The translations under genes and the position numbers were made by a program. Below, in pieces: positions 1 to 14,457 of a stretch of DNA of 64,000 nucleotides. Origin of the DNA: the human T2T-CHM13v2.0 reference genome, Homo sapiens. The notes under the pieces were generated by a model that saw nothing but the letters and a program-made list of their open reading frames with translations, ran no database searches and was not told the origin of the DNA. Each line of letters opens with the position of its first letter. The stretch's first letter is position 1. The stretch lies in assembly GCF_009914755.1 (NCBI RefSeq), contig NC_060926.1, one strand, 5' to 3'.

Positions 1-389
1 CAGGCCAAGCTCAGCCACGCTGACATCACAGAGCCTGGTGGTGCCTGGGGTACTCATGATGGCAATGTCCAAAAATAAACGCTATTGACCGATAATGGTT
101 TGAAATGCAATTTGTCAGGGTGGAAGTGGGCAGGTCTGATGACAGCAGGTGTTGCTAATGGCAGTGAGGGGCAAGATAGATGGGCAAAGGCCATCTGAGG
201 ACTTTCCTTCCCTTGCCCAGCACCCTCTACCTGGCGGCTCAGTCTTTTTCTCATTTCTTCCCATAAGGAACAATAATACCATTGCCAGATGGGCATGTCT
301 TCCTATATGGTTTTCAAATTATGTTTCCTTGGAGAGCTGTGCTGAGGATCACCTGAGAGCTTGGGAGAGGGGACTAAGTGGGACTGTAA

Positions 390-505
390 TTGTCATTTTA
401 TGCGCTAGGAAGGTGAGACACAGAAGTTCAGTGAGGTGCCCAATTTGTAAGAGGCAGAGCTCGTTCTAGAACAGGATGTTCTGATTCTGGACTCAGAGTT
501 TTTCT
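390..505 (-). mobile_element. MIR fragment
   Basis: cattttatgcgctaggaaggtgagacacagaag...gcagagctc resembles the antisense MIR core. Confidence 0.5.
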
Positions 506-687
506 CCTCTGTGGCAGGTTTCCTCCTGCCACTCCTCCATGTTATGCCCCATGCTTCACGAAGTGCCCATGGCTTAGGTTAATGCCTGGTAGACCTGATA
601 AACCAATCCATTGTTTTATTAGGAATAGGTAATGTGGATGGTCAAAAAGGAGAGACTTTTGAGTGGATTGCATGGTGACTTTTAATA

Positions 688-865
688 TAGAGTTAGCAGA
701 TTTAGCAAATGAAAATATGGATGCCCAGTTCAATTTGAATTTCAGGTAATCAGTGAATACTTTTTTAGTATAAGTATGTCCCAAATATTGCGTAAGACAT
801 GCTTTAGATTAAAAATATGAAATTCAAATTGAACTGGATGTTCTGTATTTTATCTGGCAATCCTA
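688..865. mobile_element. MER53 palindromic hAT MITE
   Basis: tagagttagcagatttagcaaat...ttatctggcaatccta terminal inverted repeats and an internal palindrome; 8-bp TSD-like ttttaata (680-687) / ttttaatg (866-873). Confidence 0.85.
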
Positions 866-1114
866 TTTTAATGACCCCCCAAACTATGCCATGAGAACGT
901 CATTTTCATCACTGCTAAGACCACTCTATATTAGAATATTAGAATTTGCTAGCCAAGGAAGATGACTGAGAAATTAAGGTTGGGAGCTGACTTTCAGGGT
1001 GACTTTGAAGTTAATGCTGTATAACTAGGGGTTAGGTGGGGACAGGTTGAACTAATAACCCTAGGACCCTTCCAGTTTATGTGATGACGGCATGTCCAGC
1101 CATTAGCTTTTTAT

Positions 1115-1262
1115 CATCCCATAGCTCTTGGATGCTGTATTCTGTTTTTGTTTCACTTTGTTGTGTTTTCTACCCTTTTTTGCCTTTGCGCTTCAGTTTG
1201 TTTAATTTCTATTGACCCATCTTCAAGTTCACCAATTTTTTCCTCAGCTGTGTTGAGTCTGT
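1115..1262 (-). mobile_element. ancient L1M fragment (ORF1 region)
   Basis: atttctattgacccatcttcaagttcac...ttcctcagctgtgttgagtctg is typical antisense L1M ORF1-region sequence. Confidence 0.55.
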
Positions 1263-2059
1263 GAAGAGTCAGCCACTGGTTTTAGCAGCAAGAACCAGCT
1301 CCATACATGGAATAAAGTTGTAGCTGGAGGAACTGGTCATGAGAAATAACTTCCTATGGTGGAGGATGTGATGTCCTAGAAGAGAAGACTGAGGGAATCT
1401 GTGCTCTAAGTCCGCTACAAGGAGTCTTTTGGGGAGTAGGGAGAGAGGGGGAAGGTGGTTCCCGTTTTTTCTAGCTCAAACATTTACTGTGGTTCGGAAG
1501 TGAAGGGAGGGGTTTTTCTGCAGTTACTCCTAAGGTGCCAAAGCAGGACCCACCAGGAAACTGGGCAAAGCCTTGAACCCAGTAAAAGATAAATGGGAGA
1601 TGAAAAATGTTAGAAGGAGTCAAGGTTAGAAAATTTCTAGCCTAAGAAAAAAGTCTTTGTGCCCAGATATGGGGGTAAGGGCTGGATCTGCTGGCTCAAA
1701 GCCTCTAAGCACAGCTTTGTAGTGATTACGGTACTGGTTTAGGGAGGCTTGCAAAGTGTCAAGAGGTTAGGTAGGTCCTGGAGGTGATTATATATATTTT
1801 AAAGACCGTAAATACCTGCTCCTTTTTGAGTACCCAGCGCTAACACACTGTGGTAGTAACTCCAGTGACTGTAATGTTAAACAGGGCTCAGTCCCTGTTT
1901 TATGTAGTTTTTAGTCAAGAAATATTTGGGATCTTCCCCCAGATTTTTGTATTATGCCCCCGCTTTTTTCCTATTATTCATATTTTAGCTTAAATATTAA
2001 CTATGGTGACAGGCGTTTCCTAAAAGTACAGCCTGCAGTACCTCTTCATTTCACACAGT

Positions 2060-2230
2060 CCTACTGCAATCATGAAGACTTAGTATTTTTTTGTTTATCT
2101 ATTGCTGATTGACTATCTCCTCCTTCTTGAATGTGAGTCCCACAGGGAACTGGAGCAGACTCTTCCCTGCTGTATTCCCTTTGCCTGGCAAATAACAGAT
2201 ATTCAATAAAGTTCATTTGGTGAATGAAGA
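2060..2230 (+). mobile_element. L2 3' end
   Basis: gaatgtgagtccca...ttcaataaagttcatttggtgaatgaa. Confidence 0.55.
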
Positions 2231-3919
2231 AAAGGAAAATTATCTGACTAGAGTTTTGTTGTGATAGAATGAGCTAACATTTGATCTAAAGAGAACCCCA
2301 GAACTCTTTTTAACATTTTGCTGTGTTTTTGTTCAGTTTCTCGTTTAACCGTCTAACAAGCATGGTGCAAAAGCAAAAGGCAGAAAATAGTCTCAGCCCA
2401 CAAGCTTTTAAAGCACCATGTCTGTAATTCTTTTTTTTTTTTACAGTGATGAATACAGAGAGCTTAATGGCTGCTTTTCTGAGTGATTGATTAATTAAGG
2501 TGTAAGCTCAGGGAGGCTCTGACCCAGTGGACCATTCCTTTGTGAGCAGTTGTTTCCCTACTGCAGTTCTGTGTGGTGAATGAGCGTAGAGTTCCTGGAA
2601 ACTTTAAAGGACAAAGAACATGAATTCACAAAATAATATATACATGGGAATATATTTATCTGATTGAAAAAGCTACAATTTTATATTTAAATGAATCAAT
2701 TTATAGCAATGCTTTATGAAGCATATCTCTTATGGGAAATAACTATGATTTTAGACACCCAAACAAATAATAAAATCCAGCAATCGTTGTCAGTTTTGTT
2801 AAGTTTCTCTCTGAGTGTCTGGCTGAGCTGCTTAAAGAAACAGAGCCCTTTGCAGTTTTAAGGTCAAAGGTCCTGTGGCTACAGGTGCTAGGGTCAAAAC
2901 ACAATTTGACCCCAGATCTTTGTAAACTAAACAGACCTGACTTTTTGCCCAAAAGAAACAGAATAAGAGAGTGTGGTGCAGGGAGTAGGGCAGAGGGACC
3001 CAGAGAAAGAGACCTAGAGGTAATTGATTAATTCATTGGTTTAATCAGTTATTTATTCTACTATGTTTATTATGAGAGTCCAGACACATTGCTGCACTGT
3101 ATGGAGCCTGGTAAGATAAGTCAGATAAGACTTCTGACCTTGTAGGATGGCGCCTTAACAGGGAAAAGGATGCAGGTGTCGAAATTGGTTTGCGGGAAGG
3201 TAACAGATTTGGGCTGAGATACATTGGTTTTGAGATAGCCAGACATGGAGCTGGAATTATCCAACAGTCACTGTAGCAACCATGAATAAGGCCTTTCCTC
3301 TGGGCTCTGGACTCACAGATCCACCAGCCTAGCTGGAATTTCCTTTTGGACATTTCAAATTTAATGCATTCAAAGCCAATTTCCCCCCACCTCTATGAGC
3401 TCCTCCTCAACTGTTCTCATTCTCTGTGGCACCACTGGTTACCCAAGCCCAGGAGCCTCCCTGACTTCTCCCTCTCTCCCATTCTCCATTTCCTACTCAC
3501 CCAAACCCAAGTTACATTGATTTCATCTCTGAAACACCTCTTGAATCTTCATCTTCCTGTCTCTCTCCATCTTAAATTCCATTCTAGACTGCCATCACTT
3601 CCCATCTGCACCCTCTCCTCTCTACAACGTGTCTGCCTGCCCCACTCTGGCCTCTACTCTCTCCTTGTTACACACCTACCGTAGAGGTGTCAGAATGCTA
3701 ATCCAATCACACCAATGCCCTGGTTAACATGCTTCAGAGCTCACCCTTGCTCTCAGGAAGACCACATTTCTAATGTAGCTTCCAAGGTCCATCATGTCTG
3801 GCCCTGTGACCTAACCTCCTGTCCACTTCTCCCTTCCTTTCCGCTGTTTCAACCACGTGGACCTTCCTCCACCTCTCATACTTGTCTCTTTTCTTCTACA
3901 AGGCTTTTGACATGCTGTC

Positions 3920-4430
3920 TGTAATAGGCAGAATAATGACCTCCCAAAGATGTCCACAGCTTAATCCTCAGAACCTGTGAATATGTTTCATCGCATGGCA
4001 AAGGGGAAATAAGGTTGCAGATGGAATTAAGGTTGTCAATCAACTGACCTTAACATAGAGAGATCATTCTGGATTATCTGGGTGGGCCCAGTGTAATCAC
4101 AAGGGCCCTTAAGAGTAGCAGAGGGAGCAGAATAAAAGGCTGAAATGATTTGATGAGAGATGGACTCAATCAGACATCACTGGCTCTGAAGATGGAATGG
4201 AGCCGAAAGCCAAAGAATGCAGGCAGCCCCTAGAAGCTGGAAAAGGCAAGGAAACAGATTCCCCCTAGAGCCTTCAGAAAGGAATGCACTTCTGCCAACA
4301 TCTTGATTTTTAGCTCAGTGAGACTAGCATCATGTGTCTAAACTATAGAACTGTAAGAGAATAAATGTGTGTTGTCTTAAGCCACTATGTTTGTGGTGAT
4401 TTGTTACAGCAACAACATAAAACAAATACA
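3920..4430 (+). mobile_element. MLT1D-like MaLR solo LTR
   Basis: tgtaataggcagaataatgacctcccaaagatgtcc...aaacaaataca, with TG...CA termini. Confidence 0.85.
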
Positions 4431-4636
4431 CATGCTGTCCCTCTGCCTGGAAGACCCTTCTCTGTCTTGGTTGTCAACTCCTCAGATCTTAGCCCAAGTG
4501 CCATTTCCTCAAGGAGTTCTCTTCAGGGCCTCCTGACTGTATTATACTTTCTTTTATAATAGCCATTCAAAGCTTTATTTTCCTCTCCTTTTAAAATAAT
4601 TTGCTATCATTCCAGCTATGTGTTTGTTTATATGAC

Positions 4637-4960
4637 AGGCAGCATGGCATGCTGGTTAAAAGCATAGATGGGCCCCGTAGCCCGGTGGCTTATGCCTGAA
4701 TCCTGCCTCCACTACCTGTTGTCTGTGTGATCTTGTGCAAGTTACTTAACCTCTCTACATATTGCCTCAATGATCTCACTGATGACCCAGGAATAATAGT
4801 ACCTTCCCATAGGACTATTGTAAGAATTAAATGAATATTGCCTCAGTGATCTCACTGATGACCCACCCAGGAATAATAATAGTACCTATCCCATAGGACT
4901 ATTGTAAGAATTAAATGAATAAACAAAGTGCTTAGAACGGTTTCTGCTGTCAAGTATATA
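4637..4960 (+). mobile_element. MIR with internal tandem duplication
   Basis: ggcagcatggc...ggttaaaagca...tgtgtgatcttgtgcaagttacttaacctctct; 4759-4834 is repeated at 4835-4918. Confidence 0.75.
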
Positions 4961-5220
4961 CTCTTAATGTTGATCTCTCCCTGTATGATTGCATTCTCTT
5001 TAAGGACAGGGATCATGGCTACTTCCTCTTGCCACTTTACTCAGCACCTACACAGGGTTTGGTATACAGTAGTAGGAGTTCAATATATGCATATAGAATG
5101 AATGAATGAATAAATGAATGAGAGAATGAATGAATGCATTCAGAATTGGAGCTTGGGAGATGGTAGATCTGAAAATACATAGGAGAAACGACTCTTTTCC
5201 CAAATTGGTTACTCTAAAGG

Positions 5221-5457
5221 TAGCGTTTCTTAATCTTGGCACAATTGACATCTTGGGCTGGACAATACCTTGGGATGGGAGCTGTTTTGGGCATTGTAGA
5301 AAGTGTAGCAGCATCCTTGGCTTCTACCCTCTAGATGCTAATAACAACCCGCCATGTCCCACCCCACCCTCATACCAGTTGTGATAACTAAAAATTGTCT
5401 CAGACGTTGCGGCATGTCCCAGGGAGGGAAAAATCATCCCCATGTTGAGAATGGCTG
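5221..5457. mobile_element. MER20 hAT-Charlie element
   Basis: tttcttaatcttggcacaattgacatcttgggctggacaat...gttgagaatggctg. Confidence 0.8.
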
Positions 5458-8449
5458 CTCAGTGGGTGCAGCTGTCACACCAAACAGCGACCTCAGTGTG
5501 GGTGAGCATGTGTGTGCAAGGCTGTACTCTGCCATGTCTGCCTGGCAGGACTCCAGGAGTTACCTGCTGCACAGTACCCTCAGCACTTACTTGCCCCAGC
5601 TTAGCTGCTCTAGGCCTCTGAATGTGGAGTGCAATTTGGTGTGAGAACAAGGATAGGGTTGCCCTTAAAGCTACGACACAATCATTTGCCGAATGCAGGA
5701 GGGGTTTATGTCAAAGCATATAATTCTTGAACTTTTCAGAAAATAGATTTTCATGCTAATCTGAGTTCTACAAAGATTTTAATAAATGGGATAAAATTTT
5801 GGATATGCAGATGACTTTCCTCTCTGGCTTCCTTCTTTCATTATCAGCTTGAAAATACAAGAAACCCATTGGTTTCCCGCCCGCGTCCCCCATAAGTAGT
5901 TCTCTTTAAATGCTGCTTATCCTCAGAAAAGGGCTACTTGGGTAAATTCTAGCAGGTAAACATATTAATTCCCAGTACTGGGTGCAGAGATGGGAGGTTG
6001 AAGGAGGTGGTAAAAGCCCTCTCTCCAGAGAGTGGTATAAACAGATTGAAGTGCAATCTCCATGGATTGGACTTTATGGATGTGGAGACAGAGAGGGGGA
6101 TAAACCCACAGCATCCATCCAATGGGCCACTGCTTAGAGAATGAGAACCCGCATTCTTTTCCGTACCATTCTTTATACTGTGACCTGCAGGTCCTTCCTC
6201 AGTAGAAAAACCTGAAAATGGAGAGTTTAAGTGGAAAGCAAGATAACCCTGACCTCTAATAAAGGGGGTCCTGAGGAAGGAAAGAACCAAGAGCAAAGTC
6301 AAAGGTGCCTCAAAGACCCTCAGGAAAAACCAGTTTCGCCACTCTCCAAGGCCACTGGAAAGGTGGAGGAGATAAGCTGAATCTCCCCAGGCAGCTTGGG
6401 AAAAAAAGGAGCCCAGAAATAGGGCTGAGTCTATTTGTAAAGTGGAGGTGGAGCCAAGTTAACACTGCAGGTCTCCTGCCCCGAAGAGAGGTCTAGTGAC
6501 AGGTCACTTTCCTCAGGGACTATTCCCATGGGCTGTATTTATTACTGTCCCAAGGAATCCAATGGAAGTCAGCAATACAAAAACTAATCTCATCCCCAAT
6601 TACATATCTGTGTTTTAGATGCACTGTAATGTGACAAATCTGTTAGGGTTTGTGAATGCGGTTTTTTTTCCTTGCACATTGGTGCATTGTTGCAGGGGTG
6701 GTTTGTGCAAGCCGTGGGACTGGTGCCCAGAAGAGGATCAAATGGAGGAGAGATGAGGATCTCGTAGGAGAATGAATTTGATTTCGGGAGGTAGGGCTAA
6801 AGAGACAAAGGTGATTGTAGAAGCCATGGGATGTTTTGAGCAGAAAAGATGGAATGTGGCCAGGCGGATCAGCCCAGGCAAAATAGAACTTAGAAATCCA
6901 ACAGGCCCATTTTACAGATAAGGAAAGGAGGACAAGTAGGGAAATGATTTTCTCAAGGCCAAATATCAGAGTCAGTAACAGAGATGGATGCCGTAAGCAA
7001 TCAATTGCTTACTGTAGTCTCATCAACTGCATTCGCTAGCTTCATTAATATTCAAGCCACTTAATGATTTCAGAATCAACTCTACAAGATAGGGAATAAT
7101 TGATAATGGTTTTAGTTTTTACTTTAATGGGACAGTAATTTATTAACAGAAGTTGCCAAGAAATTATAAGATTCTTTGCAAACAATAACATATTATTTTC
7201 CTATATAGCCAGTGTTTTGTTTTCAGAAAAGGGAACCACTTGTTGAAAAAAATTATTATAAATTAATTGTATATATTTTATTATTATTAATGAGACATAT
7301 TATTTTATTTCCATCCTGTATTGGATAGGTTTGGCTTTTGGAAAGGAAACTTAGATCCATTTGTCTGAAGAACTTAAAGGAGGCAGTCTACAAGATCAAC
7401 ATTAGGGTGGCCACTGTGACACTCTTCTTTTTAGCTCTTGCACTTCTTTCTTAGAAAAGTCAACAGGAAAAATAGGAAGATTTCTGTTGTATTCTCCCTT
7501 GGTCAAACCTCATATGAAAAATATATTTTACCTCTGGGGACCACATTTTAAGAGAGACACATTCAGACACTAAAAAACTGGTTAGAAGAGGAGCCAAAAG
7601 AGTAATCTAACCTGTTATCAGGGATGTGGGAAGAAACCCTTAGCTGGTGAACCAGTCCCTTCCTTCTCAAAGCCTATGTATTTGTCTGTTTTTTTTTTAA
7701 TGTATGTATGATTTATTTATTTATTGTTTTGATTATACTAGTGGCAGATGCTGCCAAATGTTCTGTTGGAAATACTGAGAAATGTTCTTTAGATTTTGAA
7801 ACTAAGAGGTCACAGGTGAACTTAGAACTTTTGGTAGAAAGGACATAAAGGGGGTAGAGAGAGCAGAAGCCATATTGAGGAGTATATCAGAAGCGTAGAA
7901 GTGGTTCAAGTAACCTCTATAATCATTTCTAAATCTGTAACTTTATCCTCTCTTCTCACAATAATTTATATCCCCCTTAAGTCCACCTGTTGAGGATCTT
8001 CAGAATTTGCATTTGCCAAAGGGATGGCAAAGCATCTGGGCCTGCAGTGCTTCCTTTCCCTCCCTACAGGCTGGTCTTGAACTCCGACCTGCTTGTTCTG
8101 GCTTTTGGTTACTATTAGACAATCAAGATTTTCTCCCAAAACACTCTCCCAAGAATTAAGGCTGCTGGATAGGACTTGGCTCTCTGCCACCTCTCCTTCA
8201 TAGAGGTCCCATCACAAGATTTCCTTCGGTAGCCATAAAAGCTGAAAGTGAACAATTAAAGCCTGTTCCCTAGACCCCTATTTCAAAATATTCCTTATAG
8301 TGTAATCATAAGTCTTAAAATGGTCTGAATGAGTCATAAAAGTAAAATCTTGATTTTTTAAATCTTTATAAGTTTTACTTTCTGTATAACTTTGATTCAT
8401 GACCTCAAAGACAGAGTAATGTTTTCCTGTATTCTAACTCATTACTTCC

Positions 8450-8845
8450 TGTCTTAGTCCATTTTGTGCTGCTATAACAGAATGCTTGAGACTGGGTAAG
8501 TTATGAAGAACAGAAATTTGTTGGCTCACAGCTCTGGAGGCTGGGAAGTCCAATATCAAGGTGCTGGCACCTTGCTAGGGCTTTTTTGCTGCATCATAGC
8601 ATGGCAGAAGGCATCACATGGTGGCCAAAGAGAAGGCAGAGAGATAGTGAAAGAGAGCAAAAGATGGAGTGAGCCCACTCCTGAGATAAGAAATCCACTT
8701 CTGTGATAATAGTGTTAGTCCATCATGAGTGTGGTGACCTCATGACCCAAACACCTCTTAAAGATCCTACCTCCCAAAATTGTCACAATGGGGCAATTAA
8801 ATTTCAACATGAGTTCTGACAAAAAGAAATATTCATATCATAGCA
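8450..8845 (-). mobile_element. MSTC/MSTD-like MaLR solo LTR
   Basis: tgtcttagtccattttgtgctgctataacagaat...catatcatagca; TSD-like cttcc/cctcc. Confidence 0.8.
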
Positions 8846-9097
8846 CCTCCTCTTTTCATTCCTTATTCTCTTCTTTCTTTCTCCTTCCCTTCCTCTATTC
8901 TTCTTTTTTTCTTTTTTTCTTACCATTTAGATACAGTCTTATTTCTGTTTGCCCTAAAATATTAAAAAAAAAAGTTCACCAGTAGTATATGAATGCAGTA
9001 TCATTGCAGGGAAGGGAAAACTGTCACTAATACAGATCTTAGGTTTCTTTCTTAGATGCAGTGACAGTTATTGGGGTTTGAAATACATCTTCTACAC

Positions 9098-9263
9098 CCT
9101 TGCCACTCAAAGTGAGGTCTGAGGAAGGCCAGCATCCAAATCCGTGGGGTTCTCTTTTGAAGTGCAGAATTTCAGCTCCATCTTAAGCTCAGTGATCCAA
9201 AATCTGCATTGTAACAATGTCTCCAGGTGATTCCTATGCACAATGAAATTTGAGAAGTGTTCT
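9098..9263. mobile_element. MER5-family hAT MITE
   Basis: ctcaaagtgaggtc...aaatctgcattgtaacaa...ccaggtgattcctatgcacaatgaaatttgagaag. Confidence 0.75.
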
Positions 9264-9397
9264 ACTCTAGATAAGTAGCTTTTAAACAGTTTGGATCACT
9301 TGCTCCCACCTTTAAAAAAAGATTTTGAGTATATAGCCTAATATGTGTACTTATGAATTGTGTAGTTGCTTTTCTATTAATATTGCATATCATTAAA

Positions 9398-10112
9398 GCT
9401 TCTTGTAGACAATATATAGTTGGGACTTCTTTTTTATTCGTTCTGACAGTCTCTTACACTTAAAGTGATTATTAACATAGTTGTATTAACATCTATCATA
9501 TTTACAACAATTTTCCACTCATTTGCCTCATTCTTTGTTTCTTTTTTGTCTTCTACTTTTTTTCTGCCTTCTCTTATTTTAATTGAATATTTAATATAAT
9601 TCCATTTTCTCCCCTTAGTGTATAAATTACACTTTTTAAAAAGTGGCTGCCCTAGAGTTTGTGGTGTATATTTACAACAAATTCAAGACTACTATCAAAT
9701 GACACTATACCATTTTATGGGTGGTGCAAATACCTTTTAACAACAAAGTATTCTTAATTCTTCCTCTTGTCCCTTACAACGTTGCTGTCACTCATTGCAC
9801 TTACCCATAAGCTATAATTATCAAATACATTTTTGGTAACATTATTTTGAACAAATTGTTATCTGTTAGATTAAGATAAGAAAAATAAAGCATTTTATTT
9901 TACCTTCATTTAATCCTCTCTAATACTCTTTCTTTATGTAGATCCACGTTTCTGACCTATATAATTTTCCTTTTCTCTGAAGAACTTAACATTAATTGCA
10001 GGTCTATTGATGACAAATTCCCTCAATTTTCATTTGTCTAAGAAAGCCCAGTCTTTATTTTACCTTTGTTTTGAAGGATATTTTTGCTGAATATAAAATT
10101 TTAGGTTGGTGG
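9398..10112 (-). mobile_element. old L1M (L1MC/MD-like), left piece
   Basis: Antisense L1 (cttcttgtagacaatatatagttggg...ttgaaggatatttttgctgaatataaaattttaggttggtgg) that resumes at 14458. Confidence 0.7.
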
Positions 10113-10536
10113 TATAAATGGAAAATAAAATTTCAGAACCCCGAACTCACTATGCCATAGGGCAAAGTTAAGCTTGGAACTGAGTGGTGCAAACTGCCTC
10201 CTATTTTGTTCCTAAATATAGATAGCTGCAAAAATAGAAAGGCCACATACCCCCCTGGGGTCAGGGGGCTCCCTCACAATTTGCTCACAAGAAAACTTTT
10301 TTAGGGGCCGAAGATCTTTACCCTAAAACAGAGTTCTGTTGAATTTCACCCTGACAATGTAAATCAACAGCTTATCCTCACAGGTACAGGACAGACAGGA
10401 CTAGAAGTCATTCCTCCATTCACCTGAGATAAATGTGTATTTCACTACTTCCTCTGCTCTATGTTTGATTCTTTGATGTGAAAATTCAGATTCACTGAAT
10501 GACAGATGAATGCATAGTTTTCTGTTCCTCTAACCC
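10113..10536 (+). mobile_element. MER4-family ERV1 LTR, 5' piece
   Basis: ggaaaataaaatttcagaacccc...ccctcacaatttgctcacaag...acagacaggactagaagtcattcctc; 4-bp TSD gtgg at 10109-10112 and 14458-14461. Confidence 0.75.
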
Positions 10537-10937
10537 TCTGTTAGGCTATTTTTGCACTGCTATAAAGAAATACCTGAGACTGGGTAATTTATAAAGAAAA
10601 GAGGTTTAACTGGCTCACGTCTGCAGGCTGGACAGGAAACATGGTGCTGGCAATTTCTAGGCTTCTGGGAAGGCTCAGGGAGCTTTTACTCATGGCAGAA
10701 GGTGAAGCAGGAGCAGGCATGTTACATGGCAGCAGTGGGAGCAAGAGAGACAGTGAGGGGCAAGATGCCACACACTTTTAAACAACCAGATCTTGCAAGA
10801 GCTCACTATCATGAGGACAGCATCAAACCATGAAGGATCTGCCATTACTACTGAAATCCTTCCCACTAGGCCCCACCTCCAACTTTGGGGACCACATTTC
10901 AAAATGAGATTTGGTCAGGACAAATATCTATACCATC
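10537..10937 (-). mobile_element. MSTB-like MaLR 3' LTR
   Basis: gctataaagaaatacctgagactgggtaatttataaagaaaagaggtttaa...; homologous to 13744-14166. Confidence 0.85.
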
Positions 10938-13743
<2,806 letters not shown>

Positions 13744-14166
13744 TGTGTTAGGCTGTTCTTGCAGCCTAACTTCAAGAACAATGCTATAAAGCAATACTTG
13801 AGACTAGGTAATTTATAAAGAAAAGCAGTTTAATTTGCTCATGGTTCTGAAGGCTATATAGAAAGCATGGCACTGGCATCTGCTAGGCTCCTGGGAAGGC
13901 CTCAAGGAGCTTTACTCATGGCAGAAGGCAAAGTGGGAACAGGAACATTACATGGCAAGGGTGGGAGCAAGCGAGAGAGTGAGGGGCAAGATGTCACACA
14001 TTGTTAAACAACCAAATCTTGAGAGAACTCACTATCACAAGGACAGCAGTAAGCCACGAAGGATCTGCCCCCATGACCCAAACCCCTCCCACTAGGCTCC
14101 ACCTCCAGTAGTGGGGACCACATTACAACATAAGATTTGGAGAGAGCAAACACCCAAACCACATCA
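13744..14166 (-). mobile_element. MSTB-like MaLR 5' LTR
   Basis: tgtgttaggctgttcttgc...cacccaaaccacatca; pairs with 10537-10937. Confidence 0.85.
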
Positions 14167-14457
14167 ACCCCCTCTTTTCACATGTAAAATGTAAATTCAG
14201 TGAACACTGATCAAAGCCTCAAAAGAATGCAACCACTTGCCTCTTCTATCTACCCTCCCTGTTTTCCCTTTCCTTTCCCCGCTACTGCTCATTCTTTCTA
14301 CTAGAAATATTGAAGTCCCCAAACCCTCTGGACAAAGCACAGATCACAGATGTTCATGTGATTTTGTGTTCTTTTTTCCCAGGCACGTCCTCAACCTTGA
14401 CAATATAAATCTCTAAATTGACTGAGATTTGCTTCAGTCATTTTCTTTGGTTTTACA
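14167..14457 (+). mobile_element. MER4-family LTR, 3' piece
   Basis: cttttcacatgtaaaatg...cctcaaccttgacaatataaatctctaaattgactgaga...ttttaca followed by TSD gtgg. Confidence 0.75.

Larger units (their letters stand above)
3300..5138 (+). mobile_element. L2 element interrupted by MLT1D (3920-4430) and MIR (~4637-4960); (AATG)n tail ~5096-5137
   Basis: Pyrimidine-rich L2 3' sequence (catgctgtccctctgcctggaa) continues across the inserts and ends in tgaatgaatgaataaatgaatg. Confidence 0.7.
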
